Shown piece after piece: positions 38,785-50,963 of a stretch of 64,000 bases of DNA; position 1 is the first letter of the stretch, and every line of letters starts with the position of its first letter. The stretch covers positions 27,900,001 to 27,964,000 of the forward strand of contig NC_043002.1 in assembly GCF_006345805.1 (NCBI RefSeq), read 5' to 3'. Below the pieces are notes generated by a model that had not been told where the DNA came from, did no database searches, and worked only from the letters and a program-made list of their open reading frames with translations. Position numbers and translations under genes: made by a program. Source of the DNA: Octopus sinensis. Its lineage: Eukaryota.

Positions 38785-40863
38785 ATGTCTAGAAATTTTA
38801 TCGTGGAACGATGGTCGCGTTCCTCTATCGACCAGATTTCTCCTAGACTGGAAACGCTAGGAGAAAAAAAAGAATTTTGCGCGCGACGTAAAATTATGAA
38901 TGAATGGCATTGAACGCTACTACTACTGTGTAGTAACAGCATTGTCACCAACACCCGCCACAACAAGCAACACATAGAGACTTCTACTGTTTTACCACCA
39001 CTGCCTCCCCACCACCACCACCAACCGCCGCCACTCATCCACTACCTCAAACTACCAACACAAACAACAATAACATGACAACAAAAATAAAAATTGCGCC
39101 ACCATTTCGACATCTGCTGCCACGGCTGCCTCTTCTGCCTGACACCACTGCCACTGACCACCACCACCAACAACAAAAAACCACAAATTATGAAAATAAT
39201 TTTCCACCCACCCCTTCCTACTTGCACAATCGAACCAAACACACCAATTTTACAAACTGCAGCAGCCACAACAACATCACCACCAGCAACAACAATAACA
39301 AAACAACAACAAATTTCGCTGAGGCAATTAAAGAAAAAAAAAACAACAATATATTTTACGGCTCAACAAATACAGGACACGAACATTACAATAACAGAAT
39401 AGATGGTATAGTGAAGATAAACATACCAGAAACATATTGGAAGATGAAAAAAGAAGAACATTATTTATAAAATAGTTAACAAGAAAACAAAAAGCCTAGA
39501 GAAGGCTAACACAAGCAAAAGAAAAGTGCTTGAAACCCATCTGGAATCACAAAGACTATGTGACCTGGTGGAACAAGTTTGCCCACATACAAGTTGTTTT
39601 CACACGAAGAGTTAGCTAGACGTTTCTCAACGCTAACTCTTCACTCAGATGAACTCCAACTTACACCAAGCTATCGGGGACAGAAAGTGACTAAGATCAC
39701 TTTAAACAATGTCCCCAAAATACCAATATCTATGGCTAGTAAAGGCTTATGCGTAAAAATGTCAAATTTTACTATTTTGGAAACCACGGTCAGGAGCATA
39801 AAAACTGGGTGGAAAAAAAGTAGAATTTCTTCTACATATTAATCAAAAGACATAAAAAATACCCACCCAGATATGTGTATCAGACGATCACAAGTTGTAT
39901 GTGGTCGTCGATGGCAGAAGACCACGTTGCTACATATGCGGCAGTGAGCAACACCTAAAAAAAGACTGCAAATCTGCCGCAAGAAAACAACAGCAACAAC
40001 AACAGCAGCCGGAAAAAACAAATAAACCAGGTTTACTACCACACCACGTTTTGACGAACAAACTAACTCACACCAAACAACCACACCAACTGCAGCCCAA
40101 GAACAGAAGCAAACATCACCACCAACAACAACCAAGAATAAACCAACTCCCAACCAAGGACATCTGCCAAAAAGACACCATCGAAAATGAAGAAACAATT
40201 ACACCTCCAAATCCCCACAAAATTGAGACCCCAAACACACAACAATACCTACAATCACTCAAACACAAAATACCCACACCCCACCTCCAAACCGCATACA
40301 CCACAACCAACCACCAAACCTCACCAACCAACACCAACAACAAAATCAACACAGTCGACAATAGACCCCAATATTTTCCCTCTTCCAGGCTCTGATTCGT
40401 CTGATTTGTCATTAGACGAAGAAGACACGGAAGATTGGCAAATAGCCACAGGGGAGAAGAAAAAGGGAAAAAAAAAAAGAAAAAATAACAAACAAAGCGG
40501 GAAGATACACCACTCCCGAAACAAAAACCCACAGAAACACACACACATCAACACACACACCATCATCAAACCCCCCAACAATGTTGACAGCCATAAACAC
40601 AAACAACCACGACCTAATGGAACACATTAGGTCAAACACCAACATAACTGAAAACGACATAAAAACAAGTAACCACCCCCCACGCACAACACCACCACAC
40701 ACATTAAAATAATACACGTACACAGAACACATACAGCACCCTGAAATCTCTTTACCCTGATGCAGTAGGGAGATTTCAAAAGTATTCATCGAAAAAACTG
40801 TACAAAAGCCTCATAGAAGAAGACCGTGAGGTGAAAGACAAAGGACTTTCGAACAACAAGTAA
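38785..40863 (+). pseudogene. copy A ORF1 (gag-like, zinc knuckle), many frameshifts
   Basis: MSRNFIVERWS start; CYICGSEQHLKKDC (C-x2-C-x4-H-x4-C); DWQIATG+basic run; ends KKLYKSL..NNK*. Confidence 0.8.
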
Positions 40864-40929
40864 CCTTTTCTCTCTCTCTTTCCTTTTTTGCACTTTCTTT
40901 TCGTGTGTAAAACACAATTTTATCGGAAC

Positions 40930-43900
40930 ATGCTCAGAATAGGCAGTATAAATGTACGTGGTTTGGGGTCGCCTTGGAAACAAGGCTACCTGTTAAATGA
41001 CATCAAATCACTAAATCTGAATATCATAGCCATCAGTGAGACCAGACTCCACAGCTTGCGGGCACTTCAGCACATTTTCGGTACACATTTCAACATTTAT
41101 TTTTCTCCGTGTCTACCGAGAATGGGCGGAGGTGCACCGCGGTGCTTATCCGGAAGAGTCTGGATCTCAAAGTAAGAGCAAATTTCCTAGACCCGGAGGG
41201 TAGGCTGGTCGTTTTGGATGTCGATGGCAGCAATGAGTGTGCTTTTCGACTGATAGCAGTTTATGCTCCGTCCTTAACAGGCCGACCAGATTTCTTTCGA
41301 CGTCTAGAGTCTTTCATGGGAACGTCTCGTCCTTTACTTTTAGTGGGGGATTGGAATGCCACCCTGGACACGCATCTAGACTACGTGGGCAGAGATAGCA
41401 ATAGAAGGGGATGCAAATGCCTCAAAGACCTGCTCAGACGTTTCCAACTGTCTGACAGGTACCGACTGGACCACCCGAATGTGCCAATGTGGACATGGAG
41501 TAACCGCATCGGGTCGTCCAGATCATACTTAGATAGAGTATTCTGTAGACAATAGATAAAAAAGTGTAGGTTGTCCACAATTTCATATAGTCAGTTACAC
41601 AGATCACAAGTTTGTGACTTGTACACTTGACTTAGATAAGACACATAGGCAGGGTCCTGGTTACTGGAAACTGAACGCGTCTTTTACAGCACGACAGGTT
41701 TACAGGGACCGGATCAGCACATTAGTTAAGAGAGCTTTGACGGGTACCATCATCAACAACAGATGGTGGTATGCCCTAAAAAAAGCGATTAAAGCAGAAT
41801 CAGTCAGATACAGTAGAGCCCTAGCATTAGACCGAATAGAATAGAGGGAGAATTAGTTAAGGTTTTAGAAGAGGCACTTAGAACTGGCATCGCGTCCAAC
41901 GTGCTGGCGGCGAGATTGGCCCTCGACCAACACCTCAACGCCAAACACGAGGATGCGTTGTCAGAGCTAGGATGCGTGCTCTGAGGAACGAAGGAGTTGG
42001 AGCCGCCCAAGAGGCCCGAGTGGTGGAGACGCAACGAGGCAACAGAGCCACCATCAAGTCTCTTATAGATGAACAGGGGCGCGAATTGCTCGAGCCTAAA
42101 AGGATGTGTGGGGTTTTTCAACAACACTTCACCCAACTGTTTGGGACAAGTGGTGAGTCAGAACGCAGAGTGGACTTTAGTGCCTACCTGCATGCCTTGC
42201 CACGACTCTCAGCAAGAGAGGTGGAGTCTTCTGAAAAGCCTATCACAGCTGCGGACGTACAGGATGCGATGCTAGGCTGCGCGAGAGACAAGTCACCAGG
42301 CTTGGATGGTCTGCCCTACGAACTTTATTTTCATATGCCAGACTTGTTTGGAGGCGTCTTGGCAGCTGTCTACTGCAACTGGCAGCAGAACGGGAGTATT
42401 CCTGCTTTTGTAAAGCGAGGAGCAGTGGCACTGATTAAGAAAGACCCAAACAAGGGGGACGTCATAGATAATTTCAGGCCCATCACTCTGCTCAACGCAG
42501 ATTTGAAAATTTTGGCCAAGGTGTTAGCCGAGAGGTTGGCGCTTGTCATCAAGAAACTAATCGACAAGGCGCAAACATGCGCCGTGCCGGGTAGAAGTAT
42601 TCATGACAACCTCCATCTGATGCGCTACATCATAGACAGGGTAGTTAAGAATCCCGGCGTAGGTGGGGCGCTGATCAATTTGGATCAATCAAAAGCCTTC
42701 GATAGGGTAGACCATCACTACTTGGAGGCTGTCCTTAAAGCGGCTGGTTTCGGTCCAGTTTTCCGCGGTTGGATCGCTGCCTTATACAGCGGAATCCGCT
42801 CAGTAGTTCGCGTAAATGGTCATCTATCCAGACCTTTTAACATCATGCGTTCGGTTCGTCAGGGATGCCCCCTCTCATCGCTGCTGTATGTACTGACTCT
42901 TGAGCCACTACTGCGGAAACTGGCGACGCTGAGGGGCATCCCACGAGAGCTGGGATGCGGGAGGAGCGTGTCTGCATACGCGGATGACGTCACCGTCATA
43001 GTGTCGAGCTACGAGCACATCGAGCTGGTCGGCGAGACACTAAAAGAATACGAAGCGGTAACGGGAGCAAAAATTAACCGGAAAAGTCAGTGGGCTTGCG
43101 GCTCGGAACCTGGAGAAGCAAGCCCATGCCGTCCAACAGCGTCTCCATCGTGGGACGCTGGACGGACGGACCGTTAAATTGCTCGGGGTCTGGTTCGGTC
43201 CGGACCTCCAAATGGAGAAGAACTGGGGCGAGATAACGACTAGGGTGGCTACTCTCACCCAGAAATGGGCTGAGAGAAAGCTATCCCTAAAAGGTCGGGC
43301 GGAGGTGGCGAACGCGTACATCGCATCCGTCATCGAGTATCGTCTGACCGTCGTGCCTTGTCCCGACCCTACCTTCACCAAACTGGAACGTATACTCTTC
43401 CGCTTCTTGTGGAAGGGAAACGTTCCGATGGTTAGGCGATCCATTTGCTGCCAACACCCGCTAAATGGAGGGCTGGGCATGCCGTGGTTGATGATGCGCA
43501 GACATGCGCTGAGACTGCGACATCTCCGGCGCTTCATAGACAACGGTGAACAGGTGTGGTCGCCTTTTGTGCGGCGCGCTTTCCCGCAGCTCGTCTCCTT
43601 GGACGAACTACAGTCATGGATCAAGCAGAGACCGAGGCTAGGCGAATGGCACCGCGAGTGTCGCGTTGCTCTCAAGCAACTCTGCCGTCCGGGATCGAAC
43701 TTGTGCGACTCCATCACAACAAAGGCATTCTATAGAGGATTAGTGGAGGGGAGGTGCGACGACGAACTCGGGCAGAGTCTGGGCGTCGACGAGGAACACC
43801 TGACCCGCCTGTTCAGGACAACTTTCGGGCCGGGACCTATGAACAATCACCAAAGATCCCTGGCCTGGCAGTGCTATCGAGAAGCATTACCTGTTCGGGA

Positions 43901-44359
43901 TAAGCTCTACAGACACGGTTCCAGACACACTGGACCGACTTGCCCGAGATGCGGTCAGAACGACGAAACCGTTCTGCACGCACTCGTGCAATGTCCAACC
44001 ATTTCCGACCTGTGGGCTTATGCCGAACGGCTGCTGTCACGTGTGGGACGAATCCGCATATCGGCCGAGTCTATCGTGAGAATTGCTCCGCCCCCTTCCT
44101 TCAACCGGGAAGGCAAGGCAGTCTTCATCGTACTGGTGGCCATGGTGAAAGAATGTGTGTGGTGGACCCGAGCGAAAGGATTAGAGATAAACACTTACCT
44201 CTCTGGCCAATCGCTCATCAACTTTTTCAAGTACCACTTGAAAAGGAAGGTGAGAATGGAGAGGGAAGTTTTGTCTCGCGAAAGATTCAAAAAAGATGGG
44301 TGAATGTTGCAAAGATGGTGCGTGCTAGTAACGAAACCATTTTGAGCATGATCCTGTAG
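40930..44359 (+). pseudogene. copy A ORF2: APE endonuclease, reverse transcriptase, C-terminal Zn finger
   Basis: INVRGL, SETR, GDWNA, SYLDR, TDHK (APE); NFRPITLLN, DQSKAFD, RQGCPLS, YADD (RT); CPRC..ETVLHALVQC. Several frameshifts and stops. Confidence 0.92.
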
Positions 44360-44663
44360 ATCGTAAAAAAAAAGAAGAGAGAGCATTTTGATCTCATGTG
44401 GTTATTTCCTCCCTGACTGGGTTCCCGTGGTCTTTTCTGTAGGCTTTTCTTCCCACGGATGAACCCAACTTTGTTATATCAATGTTTATATCATTATTTC
44501 TGTGATACACGATTTTTTTTTTTTTTCCTTTTTTTCCCTCCTCTCGATCCCTTTTGATCGCAATCTTACATTTATTTTCTTTTTTTTCCACCCTCGAAAA
44601 GAAAAGCTCTGCATTTGTATTTGTCCCCTCTGTATTCAGCCCTGTGTGGCTAATAAAAGAAAG

Positions 44664-44733
<70 letters not shown>

Positions 44734-44735
<2 letters not shown>

Positions 44736-44915
44736 TTTTTTTCCTCTCTCCCTTTTTTTAACCCCCCTTTTTTTGTCCTCTTTCTCTCTCTTTTGATCCC
44801 TTTTGATCGAAACTCCCCCTTCCTTTTTTTTTTTTTTTTTTTTAAAACCTTCAAAGAAAAGCTCTACCTTGTATTTGTTCTATCTGTTGCAGCCTGTGTG
44901 GCTAATAAAGAAACA
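44734..44915 (+). mobile_element. about 180-bp 3'-terminal fragment of a C-type Tx1 element between (TATC)n tracts
   Basis: Matches the copy C 3' UTR end (GAAAAGCTCTACC..GTGGCTAATAAAGAAACA). Confidence 0.8.
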
Positions 44916-45154
44916 TATCTATCTATCTATATATCTATCTATCTATCTATCTATTCACGGATGTGATGTCAGTTCAGCTCCGAAGGTAATCATTTATTTT
45001 GACTATTTATAGGCCAATTTTTGTGTAGATTTTTGCAAATAAGGTGTGTAAGGCAACCAACTTTCGTTTGAGTGCTTTTCCAAGGGAGGAATTCGCCCCT
45101 AGGGGCAGTTTCGACCCCATTTCATTTCTGTAATTTTCTTCTCGACATTAGAAA

Positions 45155-47037
45155 ATGTCTAGAAATTTTATTGTTGAACGCTGGTCGCGTTCTTTTATGG
45201 AACAACATTTTCCTAGTCTGGAAACGATAGAGAAAAAAAAGAACGTTCGCACGGAAAATGCAAACGTAAAATTCGGTGAAATGAACGCTGCAACCACGTG
45301 CGTTAACAGCCCTGTCACCACCGCCACCACCACCACTAACAACAGCAACCACGAGACAACAACTGCTACCCACCACCACCACCACCACCACCACCACCAC
45401 CACCACCACCACCACACCACTACGACCAACATAAATGATAAAAATAAAACTGAAACGAAAACTATTGACAAAAACAACAGCAACAACAAGAACAACAATA
45501 AAAATGAACTATCTAATAGTGAAGATGTTAATACAAAAAAATCAACAACAGTAAATTTCGCAGACATTCTTCGCCAGAAGAAAGAAATTGTACATTCACA
45601 AATGAAGAGCTCATAGAGAACAAGAGCTCTCTTTACAACCCGTGGACAAGATTTAGTGCTGCATACACCTCAACATATAAAACAAAAGAATAGAAAATAA
45701 GACAATTGTATATAAAATTATTAGAAAAAACAAAAAACCAATGAACAGATTACAAAAACTGATGTGGAGAAATGTTTAAAAAACATAATGAAAGAAAAAG
45801 AGTATATAAACTGGGGTCCCCAGTTTAACACAGTAGTGGTCCGCTTCCCTAACCAGGAAGTGGCAAAAGCTCACTCTACTGAGTCTCTGGGAAATGATGA
45901 AATCATCATGGTCCCTTATTATAAAAACCAGAGGGTGAGTAGAATTACTATCAGAAATGTACCCCCGATATGCCGAACAAATGGATAACAGGGGCAATCT
46001 GTTACCACTTGAAAAAGATCAATATTTTGGAAACAGCCGTGTACCTAAACGACAATTGGGGTGGAAAAACAGTAGTGGTGACCATCCAGATTGAGGGGGC
46101 CTCTATCGAGAGCCTACCCGACAAGATATACTTGGAGAATGGGCAATGCCTATATGTTATGGCAGAAGGCAAAAAGCCTAGATGCTACAAATGTGGCAGC
46201 CCCGAACATTTGATTGCCAAATGCGATCTGGTACAGAAAAAACAAGAAAGAACAAATCAGAAAACAAATAAAATCCCTTTGTTGCCAACACCAACACCAC
46301 ACACTCAATTATGGAACAATGCCAAGAAAAACAACAAAAACCAAACAGCAAACAAACCCCAACAACATCACCAAGAAAAACAGTACCAACACAATCACCG
46401 TTGACTTCACAACCAATTAAACCTGTGAATTAACAAAAATAGACCCACGTCCACACCCAGGACGACAATTAAAAAGACAGAAAACACTGACGAGAAGACA
46501 AATGCTACCCCTAACACCACAACAACACAAACACCGCACAAAACATCAACAATTTATACAAGCATACATAGTAATGCAAATGTTTTGCCTCTACCCCATA
46601 CTGATACGTCGGACGACGAAAGTTCGACGGAATGGCAAATAGCCACAGGGGGTAAAAGAAAAAGATCCACAAAATCCACCAAACAAGGAAGTAAAGCAGG
46701 GAGATATCTAACTCAGGACAACATCCCCCTAGACAATCAAAAAAGTAATGAACCCGTAAAACCACACACACAACTAACTGCAATAGACACAGACAATAAA
46801 GAATTAATGGACTACATCAAATCTAACATGGTCGTCTGTGAAGATGACTTTAAGACAAACAATCATCCGCACACCACACCACCGAAACACATCAGAATTT
46901 TACACATAACACAAGCACAACACCACATACTGAAAACATTATTTCCGAATGCGGTAGGCGGGTATCAACGATACCTGTCGAAAAAACTATACAAACACCT
47001 CATCAAAAACGATACAAAAGAAGAAGAAGAAAAATGA
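45155..47037 (+). pseudogene. copy B ORF1
   Basis: ORF pieces 45155-45616, 45764-45988, 45970-46404 and 46585-47037; poly-His/Thr N-terminus; CCHC knuckle. Confidence 0.8.
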
Positions 47038-47116
47038 AACTTTTAAAATGAGTAAGTGACCTCACTTCTTGCCTCTTGTCTCTTCTAATATAGTGTGTAA
47101 AACACAATTTTCGTAA

Positions 47117-50100
47117 ATGTCAAGTATGCTTAAATTAGGTTGTGTGAATGCGCGTGGCTTGGCGTCGGCTTGGAAGCAAGGTTACCTTCTAAACGACATC
47201 AAGTCACTGGACGTGGATATAGTAGCTATCAGTGAAACCAGACTCAGTAAGCCGCGGGCCCTCGAGTCCATGTTTGGCAATCAATTTGACATTTATTTTT
47301 CTCCCTGTCTGCCGAACATGGGTGGTGGAGGTACTGCGGTGCTTTTTCGAAAGAGTCTAAAGGTAAAAGTAAGAGCAATATTCCTAGACCCGGAGGGTAG
47401 GCTGGTTGTCTTGGACGTGGATGGCAGAAATGGGTGTGCATTCCGTCTGATGGCAGTTTATGCACCGTCCTTAACGGGTCGGGCGGATTTCTAGAGGTTT
47501 TCCTGGGTACGTCTAGACCTTTACTGTTAGTAGGGGATTGGAACGCTACCTTGGACACGCATCTAGATTATGTGGGAAGGGATAGGAATAGAAGGGGGTG
47601 GAGTGCCTCAAAAACCTACTCAGACGTTTCCATTTGTCTGACAGGTTCCGACTCGACCATCCGAACGTGCCAACGTGGACTTGGACAAACCGCGTCGGAT
47701 CGTCGAGATCTTATCTAGATAGAATTCTATGCAGGACAGCGGATAGGGATAGTGTAGGATGTCCACAATTTAAAATAGTCAGCTACACAGATCACAAATT
47801 TGTTACGTGTACGCTCGACTTAGATAAAACACATAGGCAGGGTCCGGTTACTGGAAACTGAACACGTCGCTGTTAGCGCGACAGGTTTACAGGAACCGGA
47901 TTAGCGAGTTAATTAAGAGGGCGCTGACGGGAGCGGTCGTTAACAACCGCTGGTGGTACGCCCTGAAAATGGCAATAAAATCGGAATCAATTAGGTTTAG
48001 CAAGGAATTAGCGATAGAACGAAATAGAGTAGAGGGAGACTTAGTTAAGAAACTAGAAGAGGCACTTACCACTGGCAGCGCAACCAACGTGCTGGCTGCG
48101 AGGATGGCCCTCGACCAACACCTCAACGCCAAGCACGAAGGTTGCGTCGTCAGAGCTAAAATGTGTGCCTTAAGGAACGAAGGGATTGAAGCTGCGCGAG
48201 AGGCCCGGGTAGCGGAGGCGCAGCGTGGCAACAGATCAACCATTCGGTCTCTAATAGATCAACAGGGATGCAGTTTACTCGAACCCGAAAGGATGTGTGA
48301 GGCCTTTCAACAGCACTTTGCTCGACTGTTTGGTGCGAGTGGTGGGTCGGAACGAGGGATGGATTTCAGTGCCTACCTGACCGACCTGCCGCGGCTCTCG
48401 GCAAGAGAAGCGGAGTGTTGTGAAAGTCCCATCACAGCCGCTGACGTGCGGGATGCGATGGTGGGATGCGATGGCGGGCTACGCGAGGGATAAGTCGCCT
48501 GGATTGGATGGTTTTACCCTACGAGTCTGGTATTGTCGAATGCCAGACTTGTTTGGCGACCTCTTGGCATCAGTCTACTGCAACTGGCAACAAAACGGGA
48601 GAATCCCCGGTTTCGTGAGCCGAGGTGCAGTGACGTTGCTGAAGAAAGACTCAAACAAGGGGAATTTTATAGATAATTTCAGGCCCATCACTCTGCTCAA
48701 CGCAGATTTGAAAATTTTGGCCAAAGTAATAGCCGAGAGGTTGGCGCTTGTCATTGGTAAACTGGTCGACAGGGCGCAAACATGCGCCGTGCCGGGCAGA
48801 ACCATACATGACAACCTCCATCTGATGCGCTACATTGTGGACAGGGTAGTTAAGGATCCTGGCATGGGTGGGGCGCTGATAAATTTGGATCAGTCTAAAG
48901 CCTTCGATAGGGTCGACCATCGGTACTTGGCGGCCGTCCTCAGGGCGGCTGGCTTCGGTCCCGTCTTCCGCGGTTGGATCGCTGCCTTGTATAGCGGCAT
49001 CCGATCGGTGATTCGGGTGAACGGTCACCTATCGAAACCGTTTGACATCACGCGTTCGGTCCGTCAGGGGTGTCCCCTGTCGGCGCTTCTGTATGTATTG
49101 ACTCTCGAGCCGCTACTGCGGAAGCTGGCGACACTGAGGGGCATCCCACGGGAACTGGGTTGCGGGACGAGCGTGTCGGCATATGCGGACGATGTCACCG
49201 TCATAGTGTCCAGATGATAGGCGAGACACTAAGAAAATACGAAACGGTGACGGGAGCGAAGATTAACCCGGAAAAGTCAGTGGGTTTGCTACTCGGCACC
49301 TGGAGAAGCAAGCCCATGCCGTCCGACTGCGGCTCAGTAGTGGGACGCTGGACGGACGGACCGGTTAAATTGCTCGGGGTCTGGTTCAGTCCGGACCTCC
49401 AAATGGATAAGAACTGGGACGAGATCACGAGTAGGGTGGTCGCTCTCAGCCAAACATGGGCCGAGAGAAAGCTGTCTCTAAAAGGCCGGGCGGAGGTGGC
49501 GAACGCGTACATCGCATCCGTCATTGATTACCGCCTGACCGTCGTACCTTGTCCCGACGCCACCATCACCAAACTAGAACGCATACTCTTCCGCTTCCTG
49601 TGGAAGGGTGGCGTTCCGATGGTGAGGAAGTCCATTTGCTGTCAACATCCGTTGAATGGAGGACTGGGCATGCCGTGGTTGATGATGCGCAGGCATGCGC
49701 TGAGACTGCGACATCTCTGGAACTTCACCGACGACGGTGAACAGGTGTGGGCGCCGTTTGTGAGGCGCGCCTTCCCGCAGCTCGTCTCACTGACCGAACT
49801 GCAAACGTGGATCAAGAAGAGACCGAAACTGGGCGATTGGCACCGAGAGTGTCGCCAAGCTCTACAGCAGCTCTGCCGACCGGGGTCAAACTTGTGCAAC
49901 TTACAAACGACTAAAGCGTTCTATAGAGGACTAGTGGAGGGGAGGTCCGACGACACACTCGGGGCAAACCTGGGCGTCGACGAGAAATTCCTAACCCGCC
50001 TGTTCAGGACGACGTTCGGGCCGGGGCCTATGGATAACTTCCAGAAATCCCTGGCTTGGGAGTGCTATCGAGACGCACTACCTGTTCGAGAGAAGAGCTA

Positions 50101-50553
50101 CAGACACGGTTCGAAAACCATCACCGGACCGACCTGCCCGAGATGCGGTCAGAGCGACGAAACCGTTCTGCACGCACTCGTGCAGTGTCCAGATATTTCA
50201 GAGCTGTGCACCTTCGTCGAACAGCTGTTGTCACGTGTAGGTCGGGCCCGCCTATCGGCGGAGTCTACGTGAATATTGTTCCACCACCTTCCTTTAAACG
50301 GGAAGGGAAAACGGTTTTCGTTACGCTGATGGCTATGGCGAAAGAATGTGTGTGGTGGACGCGTTTGAAAGGACTGCAAACAAACACCTTCCTCTCTGGT
50401 CAGTCTCTCGTCAACTTTTTCAGGTACCACTTGAAAAGGAGGATGAGAATAGAGAGGAAGGATTTGTCGAACGAATGTTTTAATAAAAAGTGGGTAAAAG
50501 TGGCAAAAATGGTCAGTATGAAAGACAACACTATTTTAAGCATAAATCTGTAA
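47117..50553 (+). pseudogene. copy B ORF2 (APE-RT-Zn)
   Basis: VNARGL, GDWNA, NFRPITLLN, DQSKAFD, YADD, CPRC; frameshifted. Confidence 0.92.
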
Positions 50554-50852
50554 CCAAAAGAGACAACGAGAAGTAAGGCGACTTACTCATGTGTTCATTT
50601 TCGAACCGTCTGAGGTGACCTTGGTCTTTTTTGTAGGTTTTTCTTTCCAAGGCTACACCTAAACTGTGAACCTTATATATATATATATATATTGCTTTTT
50701 TATACACCACACAACCCACAGATCCCTATTGATCAAACGTTGTTTTTTGTTTTTTTTTTGTGCCCCACCCATCCCACCTCGAAAAGAAATAATTCTACAT
50801 TGTATTTCGTCCATTTTTATTCTGCTTAGCCCTGTGTGGCTACAATAAAAAG

Positions 50853-50963
<111 letters not shown>

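Larger units (their letters stand above)
38581..44664 (+). mobile_element. Tx1-clade non-LTR retrotransposon copy A (full length, disrupted)
   Basis: 5' leader, ORF1 with CCHC knuckle, ORF2 APE-RT-Zn, 3' UTR with AATAAA (44652), then (TATC)n. Confidence 0.92.
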
